Made by a program: the position numbers and the translations under genes
NCBI GenBank assembly: GCA_004764695.1
Contig: SMSO01000031.1
Span: forward strand, 6,430,761-6,494,760
DNA length: 64,000 bases
From: Schizochytrium sp. TIO01
Lineage: Eukaryota; Protista; Bigyra: Labyrinthulomycetes
Reading direction: 5' to 3'
Shown: in pieces, positions 33,401 through 43,898 of the stretch
Numbering within the stretch: position 1 is the stretch's first letter
How the letters are laid out: each line of letters begins with the position of its first letter
Notes under the pieces: model-generated
Databases searched by the model: none
Told to the model about the DNA's origin: nothing
What the model saw: the letters and a program-made list of their open reading frames with translations, nothing else

Positions 33401-35027
33401 CATCCGTATACGGCGTTGGCTCAGGGCAGTCGCTGTTCTCAATGAGAGAACCAAAGCCTGAAGTTACGAGATCGGGACCTTTCTCGAGCATAAGACCCGG
33501 CAACGCGGCTAAGCCAGATGGACCATATACATGAAGTGCGGTTTCTAGAATACCTTGCATGAGCTGATTGACTTCGGGACTTATGAGTCCAGAAAGATCA
33601 GGAACTTCACTGAAGCTTTCAAGTTTGCCCCACACCCTCGAAGCCTGGAAGAAATCAAACGTGGTAAGTATACAATCAAAAGGGTTTTCTAGTACAGAGC
33701 CGAAACCAAGATTCCATGCATCAACGCTGTTGATTGCTAATGCTAGCGCGAGGCTCACGTCAAGCCTATCTAAGTCCAGGGCTAATTCAAAAACTTCATC
33801 CTGTATGTCGATACCCATATGTTCCAAGCGACGCCGAAACGAGGAAGGCATACCAGTAAGAATCTCCATGTTAAGGACAAGCTCAGCTTTACCACGGAGG
33901 TCCGCGAGGGAAATATTGCTTTCAATGGTATAAGGGCCGTAGACTTTTACTGGATCAAAACTTTGAACACTATCGAGACCAGAAAGGCTGACTTGAGAAA
34001 GATCGAGTTTCACAGCAAAGTAGTCCTTAAAGCTTAACTCAAGAAGGGTTACATTCCCGGCATTTATATCAAAGTTTCCTGTTCCTTGTGTAATAGCTCT
34101 CAAAAGATCTGCTGCAGATGAATTTGTGTTTGCGTAGCCTAGGTCCTCAAGAGTAAAGCCAGAGTTAAAAGCATCAAATGCCATTCCGAAGATATCGCTC
34201 GTTTGAAAATCAACCCAGTCTTCATTAATGTCAGAAATGGAGGCCTCAGCGTTAAGACGGTCCACGTACTGGTTCTCCATACCCTGATATTCTACGAGTA
34301 ATGCAGCAAAATCCTCCAGCGTTGGGGATAAGGCAGTTTCGATCACATCATCTAACATTTGACAGACAATGTTGTTTTCCTGGTCAAGCTGAAGAATATC
34401 ATTCAAAGCGCTGGCTGATACCTCTCTGATAGAATCTGCAAATTCTGTCTCAACATCTTCTATAAATGATGTAAGTGATTTTTTTGATGTATCAGCAGTA
34501 TCAGACGAAAAGTCTATGAAAAAAGAGAAGTCATTTGCCCAATCTACATCTATCGCGCATGAGTCCATACTAATATTTGTGGGTGGCTGAAGAGCAAAAT
34601 CATCGCTTCTAAATGTAAAACCAAGCTCAAACGCATCAATGGTAAAGTCTACCGAAAGAGTTGCTTCTCCAGTAGCAACTTTCACAAAATGGTAATAGTC
34701 AAATGTTGTGACCCATGCACAAGAAACGCTGATATTCCGCAAACCTGTGTCTACAGAACGCTCTGATAAACTTTGAGCAGTGGTAGAGTTAGGTTTAATC
34801 CAAAGCTTGTCAATACTGACGTCTTCGCATGTTAAATTACTCAATCCTACATTTAATGTGCTTCTGCCTGAAGAGACCTTGAAGGAAGTGCTAAAATTTG
34901 ACATTTTGAAAACTGCATCATCAAAGAGAGACTGATATCCACCTTCACCAATTTGAAAAAGGCAAGCAAGAACCCCAATCAGCAGCAGACGAAGTGTCAT
35001 TGCCTTGGAAACTTTCTTTGACGCCAT
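30444..35027 (-). CDS. Large membrane protein: signal peptide, ~800-aa luminal region with internal repeats, TM helix, then two PqiA/YebS(LetA)-like membrane domains
   Basis: PqiA signature GKWSMIDVYV and second copy SAWSCVDVFVV, each preceded by SI/SV...LW/FA and FPYIK/FPLFT helices; hydrophobic signal LLLIGVLACLFQIGEG. ATG at 35027. Confidence 0.75.
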   Translation of the reverse strand: MASKKVSKAMTLRLLLIGVLACLFQIGEGGYQSLFDDAVFKMSNFSTSFKVSSGRSTLNVGLSNLTCEDVSIDKLWIKPNSTTAQSLSERSVDTGLRNISVSCAWVTTFDYYHFVKVATGEATLSVDFTIDAFELGFTFRSDDFALQPPTNISMDSCAIDVDWANDFSFFIDFSSDTADTSKKSLTSFIEDVETEFADSIREVSASALNDILQLDQENNIVCQMLDDVIETALSPTLEDFAALLVEYQGMENQYVDRLNAEASISDINEDWVDFQTSDIFGMAFDAFNSGFTLEDLGYANTNSSAADLLRAITQGTGNFDINAGNVTLLELSFKDYFAVKLDLSQVSLSGLDSVQSFDPVKVYGPYTIESNISLADLRGKAELVLNMEILTGMPSSFRRRLEHMGIDIQDEVFELALDLDRLDVSLALALAINSVDAWNLGFGSVLENPFDCILTTFDFFQASRVWGKLESFSEVPDLSGLISPEVNQLMQGILETALHVYGPSGLAALPGLMLEKGPDLVTSGFGSLIENSDCPEPTPYTDDPFFDFNSDSYFRDLVDMVDEDVIPDINDGYIAPACRSQSGVDGKYILQEDASMTELTIPVGTFSISAAEVSLNGLDSMYDIEFMESPEPYVLHNSFKLGGALSNDEGRRMLGSSSNDTLPPVIFSLVLEMNFAGDATNFVNKFEFWAEFQGFYATLDILAKFNRTDFDLLTIEEILDISCVMSRLDDAELQVLEAGFEAIHVGLRCINCTSPGMLEMEEKVKNEAYQEELTATINEWISTILRKIREKMDHEQLALTIEEAREECEATGLTKSETTSSEYEAETNSRLSIFGIIGGMGATMILGMTLGCCLKFGTRGCCNVCMSVSCCCQVCCKKNEDKSTQRLSRDHAASVISEDENVNGDATQEVGKSRSFSDSFKRYFRFSSSASEPPDIVIEDRLEVSAPPLTSQFERRDTSRNGNVDAKLLAQRKSCLGFHPAVPWYASFGVLGMLFLNTFLFAIGHVITAANINVLFTILGDDILMDNVEGFSIGKSIKQLWDSGIIPLALLLASLSGAFPYIKVLTMGTCWLTPTRFMSATRRGKILDGFDTVGKWSMIDVYVLLLIMVAFGLEIENPNLNILPEGFYAARVFVDPAIGLVSFTAAAMLSLFTNNTLVYYHRNAIDADRQALQDPELAAAVADYEASRFKTQNPMGGDEEGRSRPARRRFSTWLEHGESASDLVCLCDHHFKLADGRVVRFTTFGKRVITLLLCVTSILVLVGLCIPSFGFEILGLIGMFMDIDEVQSWKPYSVLDTFAFAVRQAFESTNDNVGFIIGVLFLAFAYLLTAAFFPLFTLGGLLYIWLKPMTLHRQKWMYLVTEVFSAWSCVDVFVVGLIVGVMELGHISYVLLKPVCTHIMPLIEDVLLPAGLITEENATCLYISSSLEPGCGLLVMGAMLTTILSQIILRATHHAIEEREEKIEASVADFEDDKKSNPPNVGCLLRALLALAYWMRWIKYEGERENVESPSTITVSAMNLADGGDEI

Positions 35028-36188
35028 GACTACCTTTCTTTGGACAATAGTCTTTGCAAGAAAAACAACCTGGTTGAAGCGCACAATGGCACACTCCTGC
35101 TCTGAATGAGAGCAGACCCAGTGATATCTTATCTATGAATTGGTGTTGTTGAGGCTTCGTTTGGTTAAATCTATCCAGGTTCAGTCGAATAGCAAATTTA
35201 GCCGGGCTATATCGATTTATATTGAACGGTTCGGCGGTGACAGTACCAAGTCCAGGTAGATAAGTTTATTGCTCGAAAGAGGAATTTCTCATGAACATGT
35301 ACAGAAAGAGGGAAGCCGAACACCTCTTTTTGGATCTAGATGAACTTATAATTTGAACACTAACGCTGCAATGAGCGTTGAACTCTAACGTCAATATTTT
35401 CTCTTGAATATGCGTATTGTGTATTTTAGTATCTTCCTTTAAAATTAAAACAATGTGCGGGTCTACGATCGGTACGTCTGCATAATGAGAGGAACCTGCG
35501 TACCCTCTCATAGTACCTACCAGACCAACGCATACCAAAGCTTCTCATTAATTATCTTATTCTGTAGTTAATTATAGCTGGGGTATTAAGGATACAAAGA
35601 GTTAAGAGGACAGAATTTATGTGTCCACCCTCTATATTTCGTTATGTATCCGTTGCACTTCACTGCCGCTAATCCAGTCGCTCGGTTGCAACGGATATTA
35701 TGCATTTTTTTGACGGTCAGTGTGCACCGCGACCCTCAGCAAAGCCACGGTCATAAATGGAAAAGACTTATTGCATATACATTTGCGCACGTTGCTGAGA
35801 CCGTTGTAAATGGCCTGTAACCGTGAATTGTAAGTAGGCTCAAATTTTATATTCAGTTCTGCGTATGGATGAAACAAGTTGAGATAGGAGCTAGGAATAG
35901 GAAGCGGCTAATTCTTTTTCCCTATTAGATTGAGCATCTGATGCCACAAGAATTTAAACAGTGCTTGACCTCGTGAATCCATCAGCAAGGTGGACCTTTG
36001 GTAAATTAAATTGAATTTACTGGAGAGACATTCTGTTGTAAGTATCACTACAAGTAGTTTTCTTGCCTGTGTGCGGGCGTGCTCAGGACAATTTATCTTG
36101 CAAGGACAAAGATCCTGCTTATGAATGGCGCAGCTAGCTGCCTACGGCAAGCAGTTAGCAAAAAGCAAATCTTCTCAAGGGTCACCAA

Positions 36189-39100
36189 ATGTCTGAAGCT
36201 TTGCTTGAACAGGAGGAACTCGATGCAGAGCAACTCCAATCAAGACTCGCAGAGCTAGCTGGCGATCTGCAGGATGAAGATTGGCTACGTGAACTTGCAA
36301 GGAGTGACCTCATTCAAGAGGTTCAACGAGAGCTCGAAAGATGTAAAGGAACAGCTATGGACAGTGGCAGGGCACTTCTAGCACAGGATTGCAGTAAAGA
36401 TGGGGAGGAAGCTGATAAATTTAAGGCTTGCAAGAAGGTATTTGATTTGGTTGGACCTCGTCTATTAGCAAGGTTATTGAGCGGACAAGATGCTTGTCTT
36501 CTTGTACTATCTGGGGTAGATCAAGAAAATGCAAACATACGCGCGACAGATTTGTGGGGAAGCCATGTTGAAGCGAGCTTGGATCGCTTTTACACAAGGG
36601 CAGAAGATTCAATCGAGCAAATGCTAGGGCCTCCCTCTAGACATGGCATTCCAAGCCTTCGTGGCATCCTACCCCGACTTCTTGATGGTCTCTTTGAAAT
36701 GCACACAAGCGTTGAGCTGTGGTGCGAGGATCACTGGCAACGGGTCAAAAATGTTGAACATGCATTTTTGTTACGGTCCACTTCTCAGCTGGACTTGGAT
36801 TGTCCACGAATGGAACTTTTGCGCATCACGAATGGAGATCATTACAGTCATGCTGTATGTATTCAAACCCCTGGGACTTTTGCACAAGAGTCTGAGTTAA
36901 AAGCTCTTGAATGCTTCTCACAATTACTTGGTATAACATTTCCCGAGCACGACTCTTGCCCACCAGTTGCCAGATGCGGCGAGGCATTTTGTCGCATATC
37001 TGGGACCCAGATTATAGCAGCAAACGAGCATCTTTATTTCACAGCAATTGATATGCTTCAGAAGGCGGAACAATGTGGAAAGCGGCTCGAAAGGGTTGGG
37101 TTAGAAGGGATCAAACGCATGGAGTCTAAACACCGTAATAGCTTTAGACGTATTCGAAGAAATTCATTCACATTTTGCGTTGACAATATAGCTTCTACTC
37201 AAGCGACTAGCACATATGCAAGTCCGACCCGACCGCAATTTCGCGATAACCTAGACTCATCACCTGCATCTCCTGCTCAAATAATGGCACCAGTTTTAGT
37301 CACAAGTTACATATCCCAGGGTATGGATGCGGTTCATGCCAAACGTCGAGAAGAAGCGCTGCGGCATGTTTGGTCAGATGTTGCCCACCGTAATTTGGAC
37401 GAATATACAAATTCCCGACGCGCCATTGATCGATTGCAACACACCAATAAAGTTCTACGCACACAACGAGACGACGCCTTGCACAGCTTAAAGGATGCAA
37501 AGGTACAGTTACACAAAGTTTATGACAATATAAACGAAGGAAAAGAAGCATTTCAAATAAAAGAAGCAGAGTGCCTGCGACTTACGACTCAGCTTCAATC
37601 CGCTAGAAAGGATATTACAGCTCTCCAGAGAGAATTAGATGAAAATCTTCAAAAACCCAAGTCTGCCGACTCTTCGTTTGTTGAAGGCCAGCCTAACTCA
37701 AGCAATAGTCACAAGACCCCAACAACACCACAGCACTCGAACATGGGTAATCTCGTAGTAGAAACCAATGCTCAGTGTAATGAGCCAGAGGTTGTATCAG
37801 ATGAAGATGAGGACTCTGAGAGAAACGCAACTACGACGCAGTCAGAAATCCAGGCTGTTGTGAAAGTTTCGAGTTCTCAAACTCCATTGCATTCTCCTTT
37901 GAGTGGTAACTCACCGCGTATGCAGCTTGAGGATGCTCTGAATGCACTGTCCGCAAAATACTCAACGCTTTCTCCAAAATCGCCCCTGTGGAAAGATGAT
38001 TACCCTGTGCCCCAATGGATGCAGGCGCCGCAAGCTATCGCACCTATATTAAACCCAACGGAGAATTACGAAGTTAAGCAGGAAGACATCATGTCAGCGT
38101 CATTTGAAGCCCCACCCCAAGAACCGAGCTATGAAGCGCTCGACTCGTCTTCTGTCGAGTCCGAAAAGGGTTCTCGAAGTAGTAAAAGCAAGGTTTCCTG
38201 TCATGAATGCAAAGAAGTACAGAAAAATTCAATGGAAAAACTGGAAGTACTTAATACCGAGATGAGCTGCCTTCAAAGTCAGCTTAAACTCTTTCAGAGA
38301 AGTAACCAACAGCAAAAAGGAGTGATTCTTGAGCAAAGGCGGAGAATTGCGATTATGCAAAGCCAGTTTCAGTCATTTCGCACAGCAGTGGCTCGTTTCG
38401 CAGAAGAACACAAGCAATTCTCTGGAGTAGACCCAGATTGCATGGATTTCTCAGCGTTCGATGATGCAATTGTATTGAATTCTACACAGAACTTTGGTGC
38501 ATCACCATCATTTTACGAACATGAGTTCTTGCCAAACGAAGGCATCTCCATGAATTCAATCGTTGTTAGTCCAAAACATGGGCACGTTGCTTCTGAAACT
38601 TCAGGCTATGAAGAAGAACTAGCGAAAGTGCAACAAGAGCATCAGGAAGGGATGGCTTTTGTTGAAAAGAATTATAAGCAACAAATTCAGAGTCTACAAA
38701 GTATGATGAAAAAAGCACTAAGGGCGGCTCACGAACGGCAAAAGGTTGCTAACACTTCTGAGGAAACAACTGCCGCTACTCGTGTACAAGTTCTCGAAGA
38801 GGAGCTCGAATGGGCGAGAAAGCAGAACATTCAACTTGAAGATCAGTTGCAAACCATGCATGCCCAGCAATGTGAGCACGCGTGCTCACTTGATGAGAAG
38901 GTGGCGGTTTTGCAGGCGAAGGATCAACTTTTGCACGCATATGAAGCGAAAATCAAGCTCTTACGTGCTGCGGCTCCACAACTTCGACATCGCCTACATA
39001 TAGAACTTATGGGCAAGCTACTGTCTCGAGCTCAGAAAGCAGGGAACACAGCGCAATTAGAGAATCAGCTTCACTCAGTGACACATCAACTAAATTCTAT

Positions 39101-40385
39101 TTCAGAAAGCAAGGACACCGTAATAAGTGGCCTTCGACACCAGCTAGAGTCCCAAGCGGCAGCCACATTTGATGCTCGACGTGCAAAGCAAGATGCTCTT
39201 GTGAATGTACAGGTTAGTAAGACCACAATAGAATCTCTCCGGGCAGAGCTGGAGAAGGAGCAACTTGCGCATGCAGGCACCAAATCATTACTTGAAGATG
39301 CAGAGGCGTGTATCCGTTCTCAAATTCAGAGTTATCGAAAAAATTCATCCAAAAGCCATTCTACATCAATGGCTGCATATAATTCAGACTGTGATAGTCC
39401 AATGTCCGCGGCTTTACCTTCCCCTCCAGCACAATATTCGCCGACCATAGTAAATGTATCCAACCAGCGCCCCACACTGCATGTGCAAACCTTGAAACTC
39501 TTGCCTGTTGTTTCCGAACTTTGTACAGGAAGATCGCGTTCGCCTGGAGCTTCTCCGCAGATTTTTGAAATAACTTCCGAACATCTTCAGGAACAGCGCT
39601 CAGCGGTGTCAAATACATCGAGTCGGACTTCGGCTAGTTTCGCACCTGCCTTTGAGCATATTGAGCGTCTTGAGGAGGCATTTCGGTCCCAGCGTGCCCA
39701 GTTGAGGGTGCTTCAAAAGTTAGCAGATTCCTCTCGTGTTCTAGTAGATCATGAGGTACTCCGTATAAGAGTTGTTGCATCTGCTATTCATGCCAGCCGG
39801 GAAGCAATGCGCCGCTTACACAGAATGGAGAGAAACAAGCTTGGAATCCGCATTTGTGATTTGGAAGAGCAAATTAAGCATGCGAACTTTGATTTGAGAC
39901 AACGAATGAAAGAAAGCAATTTAATGGAGGAGAAATTACAAAATATGAAAGACCGACTTATTTATGCAGACTCTCAAGAAGTTCGAGATGCTGTGAGCCA
40001 AATTGTGAAACTACGTGAGCGGCTGCAATTTGAGACTGATATTTTCGCACAGGAGGAGGTCAAAGAAGGGGAAGCACTTCATTCATCACTTCTTGAGGCC
40101 CAATCTCAGATACAAGTTCTGCAATTAGCGAGCGAACGTCAACGTTTAAAGCACGATGAAGCTCTCGCAGAGGCTGCTGCAGAGATCGAGCACCACAGAA
40201 GTTGTCGTGACAATCTCCAAGCAAGATGTGCAGCACTCCGACCTATGAGTGCTTTCGAGCTTTTCGACAGTTTTAAGGTTCCTGATGACGTTGAAGCTGC
40301 AAAGCGAATTCGCATCGAGCGCATTTTAGAGGATCTCAGGGTTACTCTAGCTTCTCTAGAGCCATATCTTATTCGTGATGTATAA
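36189..40385 (+). CDS. Long coiled-coil protein with possible degenerate kinesin-motor-like N-terminus
   Basis: 1398-aa uninterrupted ORF with extensive heptad E/Q/L-rich segments; VFDLVGPRLLARLLSGQDACLLVLSG...GILPRLLDGLF resembles the kinesin alpha1-beta3-alpha2 region. Confidence 0.6.
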   Translation: MSEALLEQEELDAEQLQSRLAELAGDLQDEDWLRELARSDLIQEVQRELERCKGTAMDSGRALLAQDCSKDGEEADKFKACKKVFDLVGPRLLARLLSGQDACLLVLSGVDQENANIRATDLWGSHVEASLDRFYTRAEDSIEQMLGPPSRHGIPSLRGILPRLLDGLFEMHTSVELWCEDHWQRVKNVEHAFLLRSTSQLDLDCPRMELLRITNGDHYSHAVCIQTPGTFAQESELKALECFSQLLGITFPEHDSCPPVARCGEAFCRISGTQIIAANEHLYFTAIDMLQKAEQCGKRLERVGLEGIKRMESKHRNSFRRIRRNSFTFCVDNIASTQATSTYASPTRPQFRDNLDSSPASPAQIMAPVLVTSYISQGMDAVHAKRREEALRHVWSDVAHRNLDEYTNSRRAIDRLQHTNKVLRTQRDDALHSLKDAKVQLHKVYDNINEGKEAFQIKEAECLRLTTQLQSARKDITALQRELDENLQKPKSADSSFVEGQPNSSNSHKTPTTPQHSNMGNLVVETNAQCNEPEVVSDEDEDSERNATTTQSEIQAVVKVSSSQTPLHSPLSGNSPRMQLEDALNALSAKYSTLSPKSPLWKDDYPVPQWMQAPQAIAPILNPTENYEVKQEDIMSASFEAPPQEPSYEALDSSSVESEKGSRSSKSKVSCHECKEVQKNSMEKLEVLNTEMSCLQSQLKLFQRSNQQQKGVILEQRRRIAIMQSQFQSFRTAVARFAEEHKQFSGVDPDCMDFSAFDDAIVLNSTQNFGASPSFYEHEFLPNEGISMNSIVVSPKHGHVASETSGYEEELAKVQQEHQEGMAFVEKNYKQQIQSLQSMMKKALRAAHERQKVANTSEETTAATRVQVLEEELEWARKQNIQLEDQLQTMHAQQCEHACSLDEKVAVLQAKDQLLHAYEAKIKLLRAAAPQLRHRLHIELMGKLLSRAQKAGNTAQLENQLHSVTHQLNSISESKDTVISGLRHQLESQAAATFDARRAKQDALVNVQVSKTTIESLRAELEKEQLAHAGTKSLLEDAEACIRSQIQSYRKNSSKSHSTSMAAYNSDCDSPMSAALPSPPAQYSPTIVNVSNQRPTLHVQTLKLLPVVSELCTGRSRSPGASPQIFEITSEHLQEQRSAVSNTSSRTSASFAPAFEHIERLEEAFRSQRAQLRVLQKLADSSRVLVDHEVLRIRVVASAIHASREAMRRLHRMERNKLGIRICDLEEQIKHANFDLRQRMKESNLMEEKLQNMKDRLIYADSQEVRDAVSQIVKLRERLQFETDIFAQEEVKEGEALHSSLLEAQSQIQVLQLASERQRLKHDEALAEAAAEIEHHRSCRDNLQARCAALRPMSAFELFDSFKVPDDVEAAKRIRIERILEDLRVTLASLEPYLIRDV

Positions 40386-41863
40386 TTTCTATTCGACTAT
40401 CTGTGTATATACATTCCCATTTGTTGTAATTCTTGTTTACACGGTTTTGTGTTTGTTAAAATTGCGGGGCCTTTGAAAATTCGCTATACCCTTGACACTC
40501 GAACAGCCCCTGCTGATGGCCAGCAATTTACCCTGTATCCTCCACGCTGTAATTACCCGCTCAAAAAATACATGTCAATCTTAGATAATCGAAATGCACG
40601 CTTCAGTTCTGGTCCTAAACTACAATAGTCTTGCGCCTCTTGCGCTGTCCAAGTTTGGTGCAGAGTACTTCAAAGAGTATCTTTCAGCAAGCAATGCGAC
40701 CTTGTTCGGATCCTCCTATTCTGCAATATGCTTCCAGTCAAGTTACAACAGCACGCACCATCTTCATGTCTTCGTAAGCCCTCTTTTCCAGCGCTTCCAA
40801 GTTGTTCTAAGCGAAGCTCGAATTGCGAATTGCCCTTTAACAGTACCTACGAAGCTACTAGCAATACCAAGAGGTTCATGATATCCTCGCTTATCGAGTT
40901 ATCGAGGCCGTTGCCTTTCGAGTTTACCGTAGCTGTCCCTACTGCACTCTTACTCCCGCCTTGGTCTTCAGAGAACACGAAGAAGAATGGAAAAAACCGC
41001 GAAGGTGGCTAAAACTGTGTACGTGCGTGCCGAGGCATTTGTTTATGCGTGCCCTTCCGAGTCGGTTGTCTGTACCTTTGGTTGGTCTGACCGTCGTGGC
41101 AGAGCTCTGGGGACGCCAGCCTCTGCTTCTTTGGCTCTTGCAGGCCTCCTGCGAAGCTTTCTGTTGATTGCCCTTTGCTTTGTGGGTCCCTTCTTACGAC
41201 TAAATAGATAATTGGGGCCGATTAAAATACGCCCTTCTTCTGCTTTCTTCTCCTTTCTGGTCCGTCTTAAAATCGCAGAGCGTCCACTCCTACTGCAGTC
41301 TTACCCGCTACTACTAGCTAGGCAATAAAATACGCGGCCATGCCAGCACTAGTAGCTCAGCGTAGCAGATAGTGGTAGCTGACGTTCCATTGATTTTTCC
41401 CAGAAGAAAGAGAGAAAGAGAGGAATGGCTGAATAAAATACTGAAGGCATGGAGGAATAAAATACCGAATAAAATACGTACGAAGCGAGAAGAAAGAGGG
41501 CATGCAATCCTCGATCTCCGCCCGCCTGACCCCGGCCGCGGCCCAGCCCCGTGCCCTAGCGCTGCTGAGCAGCTTAGGTGCCGCCAGAAGACCCTTACTT
41601 ATTGCTAAGCCTTCGCGCCTTCGCCTCTGAGCCTTGAAGTGGCCTTTTCTTCTCGTCTTGAGCCAGTCTTCAGACTCTGGCAAGATCGTCGCGCTGCTTC
41701 ATACTCACTCCTCTCTACTCAGGCGCATTCCCAGCCTGCTCTAGAGCTTGATAACCGAACACTTCCAGGAAGGTCTTGTTCATTCTCTGCTGCTGCTCAG
41801 CACTAAAGTTTTACATCCACAGGTCTCTCGATAGTAGACTTAAACTTCATCTCTTGTTTCATC

Positions 41864-42719
41864 ATGAGCTCATCCCCGCCAGTTGCCGCTCCGGCCTCAA
41901 CTTCGGATGCCGCAGAATCTGCTGCACCTGCTGCACCTGCTGTTTCTGAGGCACCTGCTGCTCCAGCTACTCCTGCCGCCCCTGCTGCTCCTGCTGCTCC
42001 TACGCCTGCTCCTAGCGCCTCAGGCGCCTCAGGTGCGTCTCGATCCGGAGCAGCTTCGAGTTCGACATCCTCTGTGGCGACTCTGACCGCTTCGAAGCAA
42101 CGCCTTATGTCGGATCTTCGCGAGATGCACAACGAGCCTCCTGAAGGCTGCAGTGCCGCGCCTGCCAATGAGACTAACTTGTACGTGTGGAATGCGTCCA
42201 TCATTGGACCTGACGAGAGCCCTTGGGAAGGTGGCATCTACGGACTCCGTCTCCACTTCCCCGAGCAGTATCCTAGCAAGCCACCAAAGGTTCGCTTCAC
42301 TTGTGAGGTAAGTTCGAGAATAATATCGGTTCAAACCATACTTTGAAGACATTGTCAGGGATTATGTCATTGTCAGTGACTGTTTTGAGGATTGTCTCGA
42401 GGCTAACATCCTGCATTGTGTGTTGCACATGGCACTGCTTTTTTTGTTTTTTTTGTTTTTTTTGCATTGTTGCTTCCTAACTGTACAGCTTTTCCACCCG
42501 AACGTATACTCGGATGGAACCTTGTGTCTCGATATCATTCAAGATCAATGGTCACCTATCTACACAACCAGCACAATTCTCACCTCGATCCAGTCTCTGC
42601 TGACTGATCCTAACCCAAACTCGCCTGCAAACCCAGAAGCTGCTAAACTATTCGTCAGCGAACCGAAGGAGTACAAAAAGCGCGTCAGGAGAATTGCTGC
42701 AAAGTCTTTGGATGGCTAA
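41864..42719 (+). CDS. RAD6: Ubiquitin-conjugating enzyme E2, Rad6/UBC2 class; exons 41864-42307 and 42489-42719
   Basis: [34 protein letters not shown] | [47 protein letters not shown]...CAG intron at 42308-42488, phase 0. Confidence 0.92.
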
Positions 42720-43898
42720 GCGCATGTGAAAGCGCCCTTTCTCTCCCCCCCTCTCGTTATCACGCCTTCCTCTCTGAATTATTCCTTCCTGCTTTCCCAC
42801 GCTACCTCACTGTGTCTCACTGTGTGGGACCACTTTATTTTATACCCTGCGAAAGTCCTAGGTACCTATCTATCTATCTTATCTGCAGCTTTTTATAGAA
42901 CCAGTGTATCTAGTTAGCTTAATAAGGGATAGGACCAGTTCTTGCCCTTATTGCTTGCCAAACTGTCTGGACAGCTCGCTGGCTGATTAGCTCACTTCGG
43001 GAGTCAAAGCTTACTAGTTCGGACAGATTGACCACTGTAGGAATAAGTTGTTATACAACGACCAATTAGCAACTAACCATGTTATTCAGGGAGTAGCAAA
43101 GAGGAGATTGTTGTGGAGGAAGTGCGCCGATGTCATTTCTTCCAACTGAAGATATGTAGCCAACCTTATAGGTGCAAGCAAGCCAAGTTACGACTTCACG
43201 CACCAGTGTCACGCTGTGTCAGTGCTTACGATGCTTTTCTCTCTCAAACTATGGCAAAGAATACGTGCATGAAAACAAAACATTAGAAAATTACATAAAA
43301 AATGACAAAATCGAACAAGTAATATGATGAACCTTCCGAAGCGGTTTGCTTTCTCTTTTTCTTTCTTTTTAGACTGTTTGGCATGCACTGCTTTGCCTTC
43401 TGCGCTGAATTTTATGTCTGGATATATGTCTGCGCCTCCTAGTACGACCTCAAACTTTGATTTTCATGAAGCACCGCCAAATCGGCATTGATCTTAGCCA
43501 ACCGCATTAAGGTCAGAATGGGCGCCGGGGATGCGGCGACTTGTCTAAAGCGAAGAGAGAACCTCTTGATCCTTCCGGTGACGATGATACGAAGAGACAG
43601 TGTTTAAACATTTCCAAAGCGATACTGGCGCATATTGAGAACATAGCAAATACCCCTCATCCCTAAAAAAAATAAAATTAAAAAATTGAAAATTCTAAGC
43701 TTTATTTTGTACATCTATCAATGTGTGCGTGTGAGGGTATTATTTTTTCTTTTTACGCTTGGAGGGTCGCCAAATAGAATCCCACACCTCCTTGTTAAAA
43801 TTCTGTACCTGTTTAAAGTATTCTCGCATATTCGGAGGCCGATGAGCGAACGCACCGCGTGATTTGTACTTACCCATCAACATCAGTATCTAATTGTG

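Noticed and set aside
42921-42952. Hairpin AATAAGGG...CCCTTATT as a terminator or Helitron end
   Set aside because: Only an 8-bp perfect stem, with no following CTRR end or other Helitron features; bacterial-type terminators do not apply here.
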